The notes under the pieces are model-generated. The model saw nothing but the letters and a program-made list of their open reading frames with translations, was not told where the DNA came from and made no database searches. The translations under genes and the position numbers were made by a program. From Basidiobolus meristosporus CBS 931.73 (taxonomy: Eukaryota; Fungi; Basidiobolomycota), in assembly GCA_002104905.1 (NCBI GenBank), contig MCFE01000116.1:1-64000 (forward strand): a stretch of DNA of 64,000 nt, in the 5' to 3' direction. Below are positions 12,148 through 24,313 of the stretch, piece by piece (within the stretch, counting starts at the first letter, position 1; the number at the start of each line of letters is the position of its first letter).

Positions 12148-14742
12148 ATGTAAGCAATTTCTTCACTATCCAAGGGTAGGGCGTTCTTTTAATAACCGTA
12201 TCTTAGGTCACGTATTATTGTCAAGAATCTGCCCAAACACTTGAATGAGGACCGGTTCAAGGAGCATTTTTCTACTCAGGGAGAGGTGACTGATGTGAAA
12301 CTCATCCGTACAGCCCAAGGGCAAAGTCGTAGATTCGGTTATGTCGGTTTTCGTACCGAGAAAGAAGCTAAGGCTGCGGTTAGACACTTCAACAATACCT
12401 TCATCGATACCTCAAAGATTGTTGTAGAGAAAGCTTTACCTTATGGTGACGCTTCTTTACCGCGCCCATGGAGTCACCATAGTGTTGGTTCTACCGGATA
12501 CTTCCAAAAGACCGGAATAAGACCCGAGGAGGCGCAAAAAAGCATTGACGAGAAGAAAAAGAAAAGACAGGAAGAGTTTGAAAAAGAAATGAAGAAGAAA
12601 CAAGAGCACATTCAAAGCGTATACAAAGAGTTTGAAAATGACAAGCTTAAGGAGTTCTTGGAGGTCATGCAGCCTAAGACTAAAACCCGCACTTGGGCCA
12701 ACGATGACGTGAAGCCGGAAACCGAGCTTCCAAAGGTCAAAACCAATGTTACCGCCGTCAAGTCCAAGAAGGCTGGTGGTGAGGGAATTCTTCTTACAAA
12801 AACACATGTTAAGTTCGAGGATAGTGAAGATGAGTTGTATGAAGATATGCCAAGCAAGCCTACCAAAGATGAAGATGACGAAGAAATGGATACAAACACA
12901 GAAGAGCCGGAAGGAAAGCTTGCTAATGATACAAGTGTCTCTGATCTTGACTGGCTAAAGAGCAGAATGACCATGAAGCCTGAAAGCGATGCAGAATCAG
13001 ATTCTTCCAATAGCGATTCTGAGGACGAAGCAAGTGACGCCGATGGTTCAGAGGCCACAGCAAGTGAGCCGGAAAGCTCTGAGCCCAAGGAGACAGCTCC
13101 GGAGCCAGAGAAGGAAAAAGAAGCACCAGCTACCAAGCCTAGTGACCTTCCACCTGCTCGTCCTTTTGAAGTACCCCCAGCTGAACTCATCGCCGACACT
13201 GGTCGTCTGTTCTTGCGTAACCTGCCATACACCTGTACTGAAGATGATCTCAAAAAACTATTTAATAAGTTTGGACCGCTCTCTGAGATTCACATGCCAA
13301 TTGATAAGGAGACCAAGAAACCCAAGGGATTTGCCTACATTCTCTATCTTATCCCCGAACACGCTGTGAAAGCATTCTTTGAGCTGGATGGAAAGTTCTT
13401 CCAAGGCCGTCTCTTGCACATATTGCCAGCCAAGGAAAAGCCACAGCCTCCCAAGGAGGACGAAAGCAACATGTCAATCAAAAAGCAAAAAGAAGCCAAA
13501 CGTAAGGCACAGAGCGGAAACGATTTCAACTGGAACAGTCTGTTCATGAGCAGCGACGCGATCGCCGATTCCATTGCCGACCGCTTGAATGTCGCCAAAT
13601 CAGACATCTTGAATCCTGATGCCGATAACCTTGCTGTTCGTATGGCCATGGCCGAAACCCACATCATTACAGAGACGAAGGATTACCTTGAGGAGCATGG
13701 TATTTGTCTGGACGCTTTCGCCAAGAAGGAAAGAAGTGATACGGTCATTCTGGTCAAAAACATTCCGTACGGAACTGCTGAAGAGGAGTTTAGAGAGCTA
13801 TTCGGAAAGCACGGGTCACTGGGTCGTGTTTTGATTCCCCCTGCTAAAACCATTGCTGTAGTGGAATTCTTGGAGCCTAGTGAAGCTCGTGCCGCGTTTA
13901 GACATTTGGCTTACAAGCGCTTCAAGAATTCGTTGATTTATCTCGAGAAAGCACCCGTTGGAGTATTCAAATCCGAGTACGATCCAAATGCTAAGCCAGA
14001 GCACAAAAAGGCAGCATCCAGTAGCACCACGATCGAGGAAATCACCAAGGCCGATGATGAAGAGGATTTGGATACCGCCACGCTGTTTGTCAAGAATCTC
14101 AACTTCAACACTACTGAGGAGTCGCTTCGTAAAACTTTCGAGGGCATTGAGGGAATGCGTGCAGTACGTATCAAGACCAAGCCTGATCCCAAGAACCCTA
14201 GCAAAAAGCTATCGATGGGCTTCGGTTTTGTGGAGTTCACCTCCAAAGATACCGCACAGACTGCTTTGAAAGCACTTCAAGGAGTCATGCTAGATGAGCA
14301 CACACTACAACTCAAACTCTCCGACAAGAAGTCGATTCAAGAGCCGACTGGTCATCGCAAATCCACCTCTTCAAAGAAGGAGGGCACCAAACTCCTGGTT
14401 AAGAATATCGCTTTCGAAGCAACCAAGAAGGACTTGCAGCAGCTATTCAGCAACTATGGTCAGCTCAAGTCAGTTCGTCTTCCAAAGAAATTCTCCGGTG
14501 GACACCGTGGTTTCGCATTCGTTGAGTTCCTAACTAAGCAAGAGGCCAAGAACGTGATGAACAACCTGGCCAGCACTCATTTGTACGGCAGACATTTGGT
14601 TATTGAGTACGCGGAGGAGGAGAAGAGTATCGAGGAGATGAGAGCCAAAACCGAAAGAGAATACTCCAAAGAGGAGGCCATGAACCCTAACAAGAAGCAG
14701 AGAATCATGATGCCTGGTGAGGAAGAAGATATGGAGTTCTAA
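12148..14742 (+). CDS. MRD1: Multiple RNA-binding domain protein 1 (Mrd1/RBM19), 5 RRM domains
   Basis: Exon 1 (AT, 12148-12149) + intron 12150-12206 + exon 2 gives MSRIIVKNLPKHLNEDRFKEHFS. RRM motifs RRFGYVGF, RLFLRNL/KGFAYI, TLFVKNL/MGFGFVEF, KLLVKNI/RGFAFVEF, and C-terminal HLYGRHLVIEYA. Confidence 0.95.
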
Positions 14743-15077
14743 ATCCAGTCACTTTCATTATCCACCAATCTCTCCAGTATAGAATGTAATCTAATTTACC
14801 CATTGAACCGCTTGCACATCTGTAGAATAAATTTACTCATTTGTTAATTATCATTATCGAGAGCGAGGGAGAGCGAGGAGATTGTTTACTGATACCTTTC
14901 ATTGATTGGATCATTTGGCCTTCCGATCAATACTCTCTCTATTGCATGTGGGTGGATGGATATTGGTAATTTGGAATTCCCTCGACAGATTCGGATTTTT
15001 TCCTTTTTATAAACATATGCTGTCAAGTCCGTAGTTTTGCTTCGCTTTTGACCTAAACGCATTTTGACGCTAGAAGA

Positions 15078-15775
15078 ATGAACGTAGAAGAGACCGGGGA
15101 TTCCAACATCAACGCTTATAAAGTTGCTTTCGATAGAGTAAGTGTTATCCTCGGCTGGCTTGGCTCTCTGGCCTTCTATCGTACTCACCCTTCTCGACAA
15201 TGGTAGAGATACCAAGCATGGTTAGATTCCACCACACCATATGTGGCCCCTAGATGGGGAGCCTTCGGTGTACTTCTTGTGATCTTTATGCTTCGCATCA
15301 TTATTTCACAAGGGTGGTATATAGTTTGTTATGCTCTAGGCATCTATTTGCTGAATTTGTTCTTGGCTTTCCTGACCCCCAAGTTTGATCCTGCTTTGGA
15401 GGAGGAGATGGATTTGGAGGGCGAGGCAGAGGATGGGCCCTCACTCCCAACCAAGGCCGATGAAGAGTTCCGTCCGTTTATTCGTCGTCTTCCCGAGTTT
15501 AAGTTTTGGTAACTTCGAGACAGCAACTGCTTTTATGAGCTGCCACTAACGGCCTTCTTCCCTTTACCAGGTATTCCTCTGTCAAGGCTACAGTCATCTC
15601 TTTGTTCTGCACATTTTTCACTGCCTTGGACCTTCCCGTCTTTTGGCCCATTTTGCTGATGTACTTTATTATCCTTTTCGTGCTTACTATGAAGCGCCAG
15701 CTTCAACACATGTTGCGCTACAGATATCTACCTTTCACCACTGGGAAGAAGCAATACTCGAAATCCAACAAATAG
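15078..15775 (+). CDS. RER1: ER retrieval protein Rer1, 3 exons
   Basis: RYQAWLDSTTPY, GWYIVCYALGIYLLNLFLAFLTPKFDP, DEEFRPFIRRLPEFKFW, DLPVFWPILLMYFIILFVLTMKRQ; two GT-AG introns; TAG at 15773-15775. Confidence 0.94.
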
Positions 15776-16175
15776 ATCTATAGCTTTCACCCAATTAATT
15801 CCAAAATAAAGTCCCTTGCGACAGTGATTTCATTAATCAATCAACATACCCGAAAATGGTTTATATATATGCACGTATGCTTACAACCCAGACTCTGCTC
15901 ATGATTGGTCACAATTGAATATGGATACATCCATACTAACAATACGTATTCGTTGGACATTCGATCGACCCAGCATCCACCACGTACACATCCAAGTGAT
16001 CCTTGAAATTTTTGTGTATCAAGTTTCTTCCAAACTGGTCCTGGAATCACCAATAGCATTTCAGCTCTCCCATTCGTCGCCTTCATTCATACTTGCGCAT
16101 TGTTATATACAAATTCCACCGTTCGACCAAGTTGTTTAGCTATTGAGAAGCTGCAAGTGAAGATAGTATTTTATT

Positions 16176-17532
16176 ATGGTAATTCCCCTCTGCACCTCCC
16201 GCTGTCTTTGGTTCCTAGCTAACCGATAACTTCGCCCTCTAGGCTGACACCACCAAACCCGCCACTAACTCTTTCGATACCCAACATGAGGACATGATCG
16301 TAAGCCCCCTTTATTCACCTTAAGCTGACGTGGGGGTACTAATGTTGTTTTCAACGGAAACAATTAGCATGATGCTCAAATGGACTACTACGGTAAACGT
16401 TTAGCCACCTGCTCCTCTGATCGTACTATCCGAATCTTTGAGGTGGAGGGAGAAAACCAAAGATTGATCCAGGTTCTACAAGGGTATTGCCGAGTCACTT
16501 TTTTTCACATCACGAAAGCATCCTGTTCATCAAATATTTCCCTTTAGTCATGAAGGCCCCGTTTGGCAAGTCGCTTGGGCTCATCCCAAATTCGGCAGCA
16601 TCCTGGCCTCCTGCTCTTATGACGGACGTGTTTTCATCTGGAAGGAGGTGGAAGGAAACTGGACCAAAATCAAGGAGCACACTCATCACACTTCTTCCGG
16701 TGAGTGCCATTTTTCTTGGCAGTTGGTTATGGGTTTTTGTTGCTTTCCACCCGTACTGACCTGAGCTTACCTCAAACAACAGTCAACTCCATTGCTTGGG
16801 CTCCCCACGAACTGGGCCCTATCATTGCCTGCGCTTCCTCTGACGGAAAGGTTTCAGTATTGACCTTCAGAGATGATTCTACCTGGGATGCACAGGTGCT
16901 TCAAGCCGATGCTATTGGCTGCAACGCCGTTGCTTGGGCTCCTGCTACCACCCCAGGGGGATTGATCCAAGTTTCCGGTGCCGCCCCCAACGCCAACTCT
17001 GTCAAGAGATTTGCCACCGGTGGATGTGATAACCAGATTAAGATCTGGTCGTGGAGGTAATGCCAGATATCCAACATGTGTTAAAGTTGCGCTGAATGCT
17101 GATCCCATATTTCTCTCAGAGAGGACACCAACACTTGGAAAGAGGAGGATTCCCTTGAGGGTCATACCGATTGGATCCGCGATTTGGCTTGGGCTCCCAA
17201 CATTGGCCTTCCCAAAACCTACCTCGCTAGTTGCTCCCAAGTAAGAATGTCTAACCCGCGGTAGCTGGTACGAGTCTCGAACTAACAGCGTGCCTACTCT
17301 TTTCTAGGATAAGACCGTGTTGATCTGGACCAAAGACTCGCCAAACGGTAGCTGGACCAAGAAGGCATTGAAGGCAGAGAAATTCCCGGACGTCGTCTGG
17401 CGTGTCAGCTGGTCCCTCTCCGGAAACATCTTGGCAGTTTCTTGCGGTGATAACAAAGTCACCCTCTGGAAGGAGAACTTGAAGGGAGACTGGGAATGTG
17501 TTAGCGAGATGGAGGAGAAAAATATATATTAG
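16176..17532 (+). CDS. SEC13: COPII coat / nucleoporin WD40 protein Sec13, 7 exons
   Basis: HEDMI|[102 protein letters not shown]. The ATG is directly followed by an intron. Confidence 0.96.
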
Positions 17533-17817
17533 ATAGGAATCAAACAACATATCAAAATCCCGTAATAAACCACAATAATGCCAAACCATGGTTATTCCCA
17601 AAGATCTTCGCCGTGACGATGTAACCTTTGAATCCGGTGGTCGACTTACCCCCTCACGTTGCTATTCCACACATGATTAACATTCCCTTGGCAGGGGTGA
17701 TTTGCAGCACGTTCACTGAATATCAATTTACAGACAAGACAAGATTTGAGGCTAATGTTTATTTATTTGAATACGGAGTTGTCAAACATCGAAGTTCTCT
17801 AGTAAACCGAGAGGAGT

Positions 17818-18452
17818 TTACTTGCGGAGAGTGGTGCGACCGGCCTTCTTGGTGACCTTCTTGGGCTTTTGGGCAGCAAGAATGGCGGAGAGACGACCAA
17901 GAGCAGCCTGAGAGAGAAAAGAGTCGGTTAGAAATCATGTGGGTTTGAGTTGTTTGTGTTGGATGTGTCGCCACTGAAATAACGCTTATTCGTAGATGCT
18001 GAATGAAGCGTGGGTATCAAATGACGAAGGAAAATGTGGCAATCAATATACGTCCAGCCTTCATGTCACGAATTGGGTGGATTCTAGCAGATTGCATCGA
18101 GAGAGGGGGTGTGTGTGGGTGGTGTACATACCTTACGCAAATCAGCACGATAACCGGAGCGAGCAATGCTGTTGGCGATAACCTTGGCGGATCTGCGGGA
18201 AGATCCAGAGATGGTGACCTTGTTGAAGGCCTTGGCGGGCTTGGCAGCAGAGACGGATTGCTTCTTGGTAGTCAAGACAACACCCTTGCCGGAGGCAGCA
18301 ACACCGACAACCTTGTTGTTGGCCAAACCAGAGTACTTGAAGGAGTTCAAGTTGGTCAAGTTGTTGGGTTCAGTGGTGAATTGAACTCCGTTGCGCTTGA
18401 CAAGGAAGCTGGAGTTGTCCTTAACGAGAAGCCAGGTAAGATCAGCCGACAT
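17818..18452 (-). CDS. RPL28: 60S ribosomal protein L28e, 2 coding exons plus a 5'-UTR intron (18557-18462)
   Basis: MSADLTWLLVKDNSSFLVKRNG...EPNNLTNLNSFKYSGLAN...YRADLRK, intron 18131-17908, then AALGRLSAILAAQKPKKVTKKAGRTTLRK*. Confidence 0.93.
17961..18085 (-). ncRNA. Candidate intron-encoded H/ACA snoRNA
   Basis: Lies in the unusually long 224-nt RPL28 intron. The 3' hairpin has a lower stem UGCCAC/GUGGCG and an upper stem ACGCUU/AAGCGU; ACA (17966-17964) sits 15 nt after the upper stem, 3 nt from the putative end. The H box is imperfect. Confidence 0.3.
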
Positions 18453-18664
18453 GGTAAATATCTAGTGTCAACGGGTTAGCACGATGTCATCCAAGCCATA
18501 CATCCATCCATCCGTGTTAAGAACTTCAAGACATCCAATGGGGGAAATGGTACATACATAAGTCCTCTAGACAAAAGCCAGTTCGAGAAAGAAGGAATCA
18601 GACCCAACTAAGTCGAGCTCAATAAAGTCTTTCCACCCACCCGACCGGGGAACCCGGGGCGATC

Positions 18665-18686
18665 TGAAAAAAATCTGAAAAAGTTT
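18665..18686. promoter_or_regulatory. RRPE-like motifs in the divergent RPL28/CAF1 promoter
   Basis: TGAAAAAAATC immediately followed by TGAAAAAGTTT. Confidence 0.35.
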
Positions 18687-18952
18687 CCTTCATTTGTGAA
18701 AATGATTTATGCCGTTTGGCCATCCTGGGCTATCCCTAAGCATCTCCTGGGTGGGAGTTAAGTCCACTCTTAAGCAATTTGTCGGGCCTTCCCCAATAGT
18801 GGGCCGCATTTTGGATCCCTAAAATTCCGCAGATTGTATTCCTTGTGAACAGGGAACAACGTCACTGGTACACCAACGTTTAGAAGCCAAGTGGTTTACG
18901 AAAGCTAGTTTTTGCCCCCCCCCTCAGCACCTGGTTATTTTAGTAAGCTAGA

Positions 18953-20259
18953 ATGCCAGCTAAAGAAAGTAGATATATCAAAGAAGTATGGGCGGATAAT
19001 CTTGAGCAAGAGATAGCGTACCTAAGAGTCCTTATCGAGAAGTATCCGTACGTCGCCATGGTAGGTGTTTCTGAAACGGCACCTTTCGCGACCATCGGGG
19101 TGTTTCCCTTCGTGTCCGCCACGTTTTTATGCCGTTTGGGTGGCCCGGTCACGTGGTGTAGATCCGCTTCTTTTCATAGTGCTCATGTTGTGCTTTAGGA
19201 TACCGAGTTCCCAGGAGTGGTGGCCAGGCCCATCGGGACGTTCAAGACCTCCGCTGATTACCATTTCCAAACGTTACGCTGCAACGTGGATCTGCTGAAG
19301 CTGATCCAGCTGGGGATTACGCTGGCGGATGAGAGGGGAAACCTGGCCCCTGGCATCTGCACCTGGCAGTTTAATTTCAAATTCAGTTTGAGGTGACTCC
19401 GTATTCCTTTCTTCCCAGAGCACGCTGGAGGTACTAACCACCTGGCACAGCGACGATTCCTACGCCCAGGACTCCATAGATCTCTTGAGTAATTCGGGAC
19501 TGGACTTCGAGAAACATCAGGAATTCGGAATCGATGTACACCATTTTGGGGAGCTGCTCATCAGTTCAGGTTTTGTGTTGTTCAGTGAGGTGAAGTGGAT
19601 CTCGTTTCACAGGTATGTTGTGTGTCCAGCCGGATATCCATCCAGATAGGTAGTAAACGTGCTCTTCTAGCGGCTACGACTTTGGATACTTGCTGAAAGT
19701 ACTCACGTGCACCCCGCTTCCGGCGAGTGAGACGGAGTTCTTCGAATTGCTGCGTATCTATTTTCCGTGCATCTACGACATCAAATATCTGATGAAAAGC
19801 TGCAAAAATCTCAAGGGCGGGTTGCAAGATATCGCCGACGAACTGCAGGTATTCCGGTCGGTCCGATGCTCCTCCCGTCGCGACGAAAACTGACTTCCCT
19901 CGTTAGGTTCCCCGGATTGGACCACAGCACCAAGCAGGTAGTGACAGCCTCCTGACAAGCGCCACTTTTTTCAAAATGCGCCAAATCTTCTTCGATGACC
20001 ACATTGACGATGAGAAGTACCTGTAAGTCGGCACTCCTCGCTGTATCCCCCGCCCATGACGGCTCGTTAACTCTCGTTTCGTTGTAGGGGCTACCTATAT
20101 GGCTTAGGTTCAGGGAACAGCTCCAACTCCACTTCCGTCGCCCCCAATCCAATGCCCACTCCAGTGGCCGCTGCATTGTCCGTGAACTCCCCTACCCCCG
20201 AGTTCGCCAACGGTAATGTGAACGGGCTTCTTAGCGCTATCTTTACTACGTCCACTTGA
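18953..20259 (+). CDS. POP2: CCR4-NOT deadenylase subunit Caf1/Pop2 (CNOT7/8), 6 exons
   Basis: [12 protein letters not shown]...YVAM|[43 protein letters not shown]|[34 protein letters not shown] (DEDD nuclease); five GT-AG introns. Confidence 0.96.
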
Positions 20260-20628
20260 TGACACCATTCCCCCTACCCACGTCGTTCACCCATGTAAAG
20301 TTAGTCTTCATAATACGCACCCTACCATCACCCACCCTTTTCTACTTGTCACATATTATTTTCCCTTTCTACACGATTGTCTTACTATTTGAATTGAAAA
20401 TAAATCCCCCGCTGGTAGTCAACTAATCTGGGATTCAGTGGGACGGGGAGCGGGGCTGGGCTAGGGTTCCGATTTGGAAACGATGCTGGCAACAAGCGTG
20501 GGGACTGGATGGGATGGGATGGATGGGTTTGATCACCTGACCGAGCGAGGAGGATTTTGAAGAGATTTTCGCGGTGGAGAGCGGGATCCACACGCAACCT
20601 CCTTTACGAACCACCCACCAAGCGCAGT

Positions 20629-20877
20629 ATGTCCCAAGAATTCAGCGAGCAAGACCAACGGGAGTTGGCCCAATTCCTCGAAGGGGAGAACGCCAAGGCC
20701 AAGCTCCAACAAAGCATCCACACCTTCACCGACCTGTGCTGGGACAAGTGCATCAGCAAGGTGGGCAACAAGCTTGACCGCTCCGAGGAGGCCTGCCTCA
20801 CCAACTGCGTGGACCGGTTCTTGGACACCTCTCTCCTGATCGTGAAAAACCTCGAGGAGAAGCGAAGCTCCTTCTAG
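20629..20877 (+). CDS. TIM8: Mitochondrial intermembrane-space small Tim chaperone Tim8
   Basis: 82 aa with twin CX3C motifs (LCWDKCI, CLTNCVDRFLDT) and the typical N-terminus QRELAQFLEGENAKAKLQQSIH. Confidence 0.92.
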   Translation: MSQEFSEQDQRELAQFLEGENAKAKLQQSIHTFTDLCWDKCISKVGNKLDRSEEACLTNCVDRFLDTSLLIVKNLEEKRSSF

Positions 20878-21202
20878 GCCTTTTTCCCGCCTCCGCACGT
20901 GGTCCACCCGCCCTCTGCATCGTTCTCCTTCTCTTCACCGGGTAGTCCCCGTCTTCATCAATAAACATACTTTCCTGAAACCGTTTACTGTCTTCGTTCT
21001 GAAATTACCCTCGGGGAGGAGGTTGGCAACCCCGAAACCACGTGTTAAACTCGGCATTGATTTATTGGGAATCTTTATATCTTTCTTGGAGGAATATGCA
21101 AGGAAGGGTTGGCGTGGGTAGGGCCGGGTTGAGGGGGAGGGGCGGGACGAGGTGCAGTTGGTATTCTATGAGACTTCACCCGGGTACCTGCGCTCGAGAG
21201 GC

Positions 21203-24200
21203 CTATTCGTAGGGTGATTCCTTGTTGCCGCGATGGAAGGTGAGATTCCCCTTCAAGAAGTACCAGAAATGCTCCAACGATTGTCTAGAGTACGAGGGAA
21301 AGTTGGTTCGGATGTAAGTACGGGCACAGGAAGAAGACCTGAGACGTGAAGAAACGTTACCTTCGTTCGGGGAGCATGGGGTACTGGTGGTTTGGGAGAA
21401 AGAGGTCAGGAGGGAGTCAGATGCTCATTTGGATGGGAAACCTTACCTGAAGCTTGGGAACCGGCTTGATCATTTCCCCGGTCAGAAGGCAGCGGAGGAC
21501 GTACAAGGAGAGATACTGGGACCGCATCTCCTTGAGTAGCAGGGTGTACTGGAAAAACACCGACATGATGGGGATGGGCATGTTACGGATGAACAGGTAG
21601 GTGATCTTCTTGGGCTGCGACGAGGGTGGGGACGCGACTCTCTCACTCGACACCACGCTGGCATAGGTCCTTTGCTTGCCACGATACCGCATCTCCTGAT
21701 CCCTGTCCCTCTCTCTGTCGCGTTCATTGTAGCCCGGTGCTGGATGGATGGGCTTGGGCGCGTGCAAGGAGCTGATCCCATCCTTGGAGGACTTCTCTCG
21801 GCCAGTGCGGATGTGCCCGAGATTGGTTCGGGTCTTGCCGCGCAGTCGCGATTTGAGGTATTGCTTCGCGCGGGCGAGGTGGAAAGAGACGGGCCTCTGG
21901 CGCAGGATGTAGTTGGAGTCGCATATGTCCAGCTTCAGTCCACCCGGCAATTTCTCCGGGTCCAGGATGCGGAGCATGATGGCGAAGATGGGGAAATGAT
22001 TCAGCAGCGCCAACAGCATCCCGAAGCTGATCTGCAGAAAGACCACCCCCAAACGACCCTACAACGGAATGGGTTGAGTACAGTGCCGGACCCTCCGAGA
22101 GTCAACGCTGGCGGCTTACCGTGAGGAAGGTGAGGTAGTACACGACGATGGTCGGAAACAGGAAGGTCAGGAGGGTGAAGAGGATGGTGCCGATCAGCAG
22201 CTGGTCCAGCCCGTAATCGCACGAGTCCGTTCTCTTCCGGAGCGGGTTGTACTTCTTCCCTGGGAAAAGGTTAGTATCGCGACCCAACCCCTCACCGCAC
22301 GAACAGGCCGCTCACCTCGGAACAGATTGAACAGCGAGTACAGCACCGACGATTGCCAGTTGTAGATCCGAGCCGCCACCAGATAGAACCAGTAGATGTG
22401 AAGGGTCAGCAGGGACAGCAGGTCCGTCATCAAGGCCAGGATCATGGAGCACCCGAACATCCCAAACAGCCCGATCACCGCGATCACCGCGGGGATCAGT
22501 GGCTTCGTTGGGGCGATGCACACTAAGGAGGTCAGTGGGTTGGTGACCGGCAGTCGATGTCGACGCTGAGAAGCCACTTACCTGACCACAGATGGATCAG
22601 CCACAGGAACAGCTCTCCGAGGAATTTGTCCAGCTCGCTGTTCAGCTTGAGTCCGGCTGGCCATCCCATCAGCCACACCATCAGCTGCTCCAGGGAAGAG
22701 ATGGTGTAATGCTACGCCCTCCTAGCGTTAGTCTTGCCCAAGGGGAGGGAGGGGAGGAGAGGAGAGGGACCGGGGCTCTTACCTGCAGATTTTCCATCAG
22801 GAACTGGGTCACCTCCACGCTGTTGTTGATCAGGAAGGTCCCTACCGCCACACCGATCATGATGTCGTTGGCCACAAGCCACATGCTGTTGTAAAAACTA
22901 AGAAGCGAGGTGAGCTGGGTGGATCGCAATGAGATGGGGGTGGGCGTGGGGGTGGATTACTTGATGTAGTGGGCCCGGGTGATGTCCGAGTCTGTCCATC
23001 GCTTCTTCCTGAGCGTACTGTACTGCCAAGGCCAGAAGCACGCTAGCCGCAGTCTCAGCTCGATCTGTTGCCCTGGATGGGGGATTAGTGCTCAAACAGG
23101 TGGCGTTGGCGACATGGGCGTCAAGACGTACCAGTGGCGGTGAGGTCCTTGAGCGAGGCTCCGTTGAGCAGCCATGGGGGGAGGTTGAGGTTCAGGAAGG
23201 TCAGAGCCAGCTCAGCTAGCACTCGTGCCATGAACAGCACAATCCACAGTGGCTGCGCAAACACGAGGGTAAGCAGTTTCGAGACGCCGGTGGCAAGCGC
23301 AGACCCCAGCTGGTTCAGCCAACACGCCGCCGAGGAGATCCAGACAACCAGCCATTGCTGACTGGCCATCGGGTTCCTCTTGGGGCAACGACGACGTATA
23401 CAGCGCTCGATGTCAAAGGAGGAGTTGATCTGGTCGCTCAGTCAGAACAAGGCTGTCCATTCGATCGGGAGGGGGGGGGTGCTCTTACCTGGTTCAGGAT
23501 GACGTCCATGTCGTTGTCTCCAGATTTCTCGTGAGTGTGGGTGGCACGTTTGTTCGGGAGCATGAAGTTCTTCGCCTTCCTGGTGATTTGGGCGATTGCA
23601 TCGTCTGCCGCAGAATTCTGCTCCATGTACTTGGAGATGTCCAGATCGAGGGGGTGGTTCGAGAGGTGCTGGAGATGCGACGGGTCAGGTCGCTTGAAAA
23701 ATATGATTTCTGAGCTGAGGCCGTGGTATCGGTATCCACAGCAATACACCGATCTGCATCGCATATTGGTTAGTGGCGGACAAGTGGGTGGCGGGTGAAG
23801 GGGGTGGTACCTAAGGGTGGGCATCAGGTTCTTCTGCATCTGAATGGTGACCCACAGGTTGGCCGTTTGCTTCTTTTCGACGATCCCTGGAGCCGAGGTC
23901 AGCAAGAGCCCGAGGCGAAGTCAGCCAAAATATGGAGATACCTTTGTGGTTCAGAATGGAACTCAGGTCGTCCTCGTTCTCATCCACCGCCATGAACACC
24001 CCGATCACGCTGGGCGGGACCATGCAGAGCTTCAGCATGGTGTCGTACTCGGAATAACTCTCCGAGGATAGGTTTCCAAGGAACCGTTCCAGATCGGGGA
24101 GCTGGCGAGTCCGGGAGGGTAGTTGAAGGTTGAGAACCGCACACTCCCACCAGCTAGTACACAAACGTTTCTTACCTCGACATCTTGGATCACCGCCGCC

Positions 24201-24313
24201 ACACACGCGGTAAAGCTACGAACGTTCCAGCCCACCAAAAAGCCGGACTTGGTTTTCCCGCTGCAGACGTGGGTGGGCCAGAAGATTTTGGATACTGCCG
24301 TGCCGGAGCTCAT
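21203..24313 (-). CDS. GPI1: GPI-GlcNAc transferase subunit Gpi1/PIG-Q, multi-exon
   Basis: N-terminus [10 protein letters not shown]...[19 protein letters not shown]; [14 protein letters not shown]; LFNLFRG|[36 protein letters not shown]; [26 protein letters not shown]. Terminal exons YPMLPERR|[12 protein letters not shown]...SPYE*. Not every internal exon boundary was traced. Confidence 0.9.
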
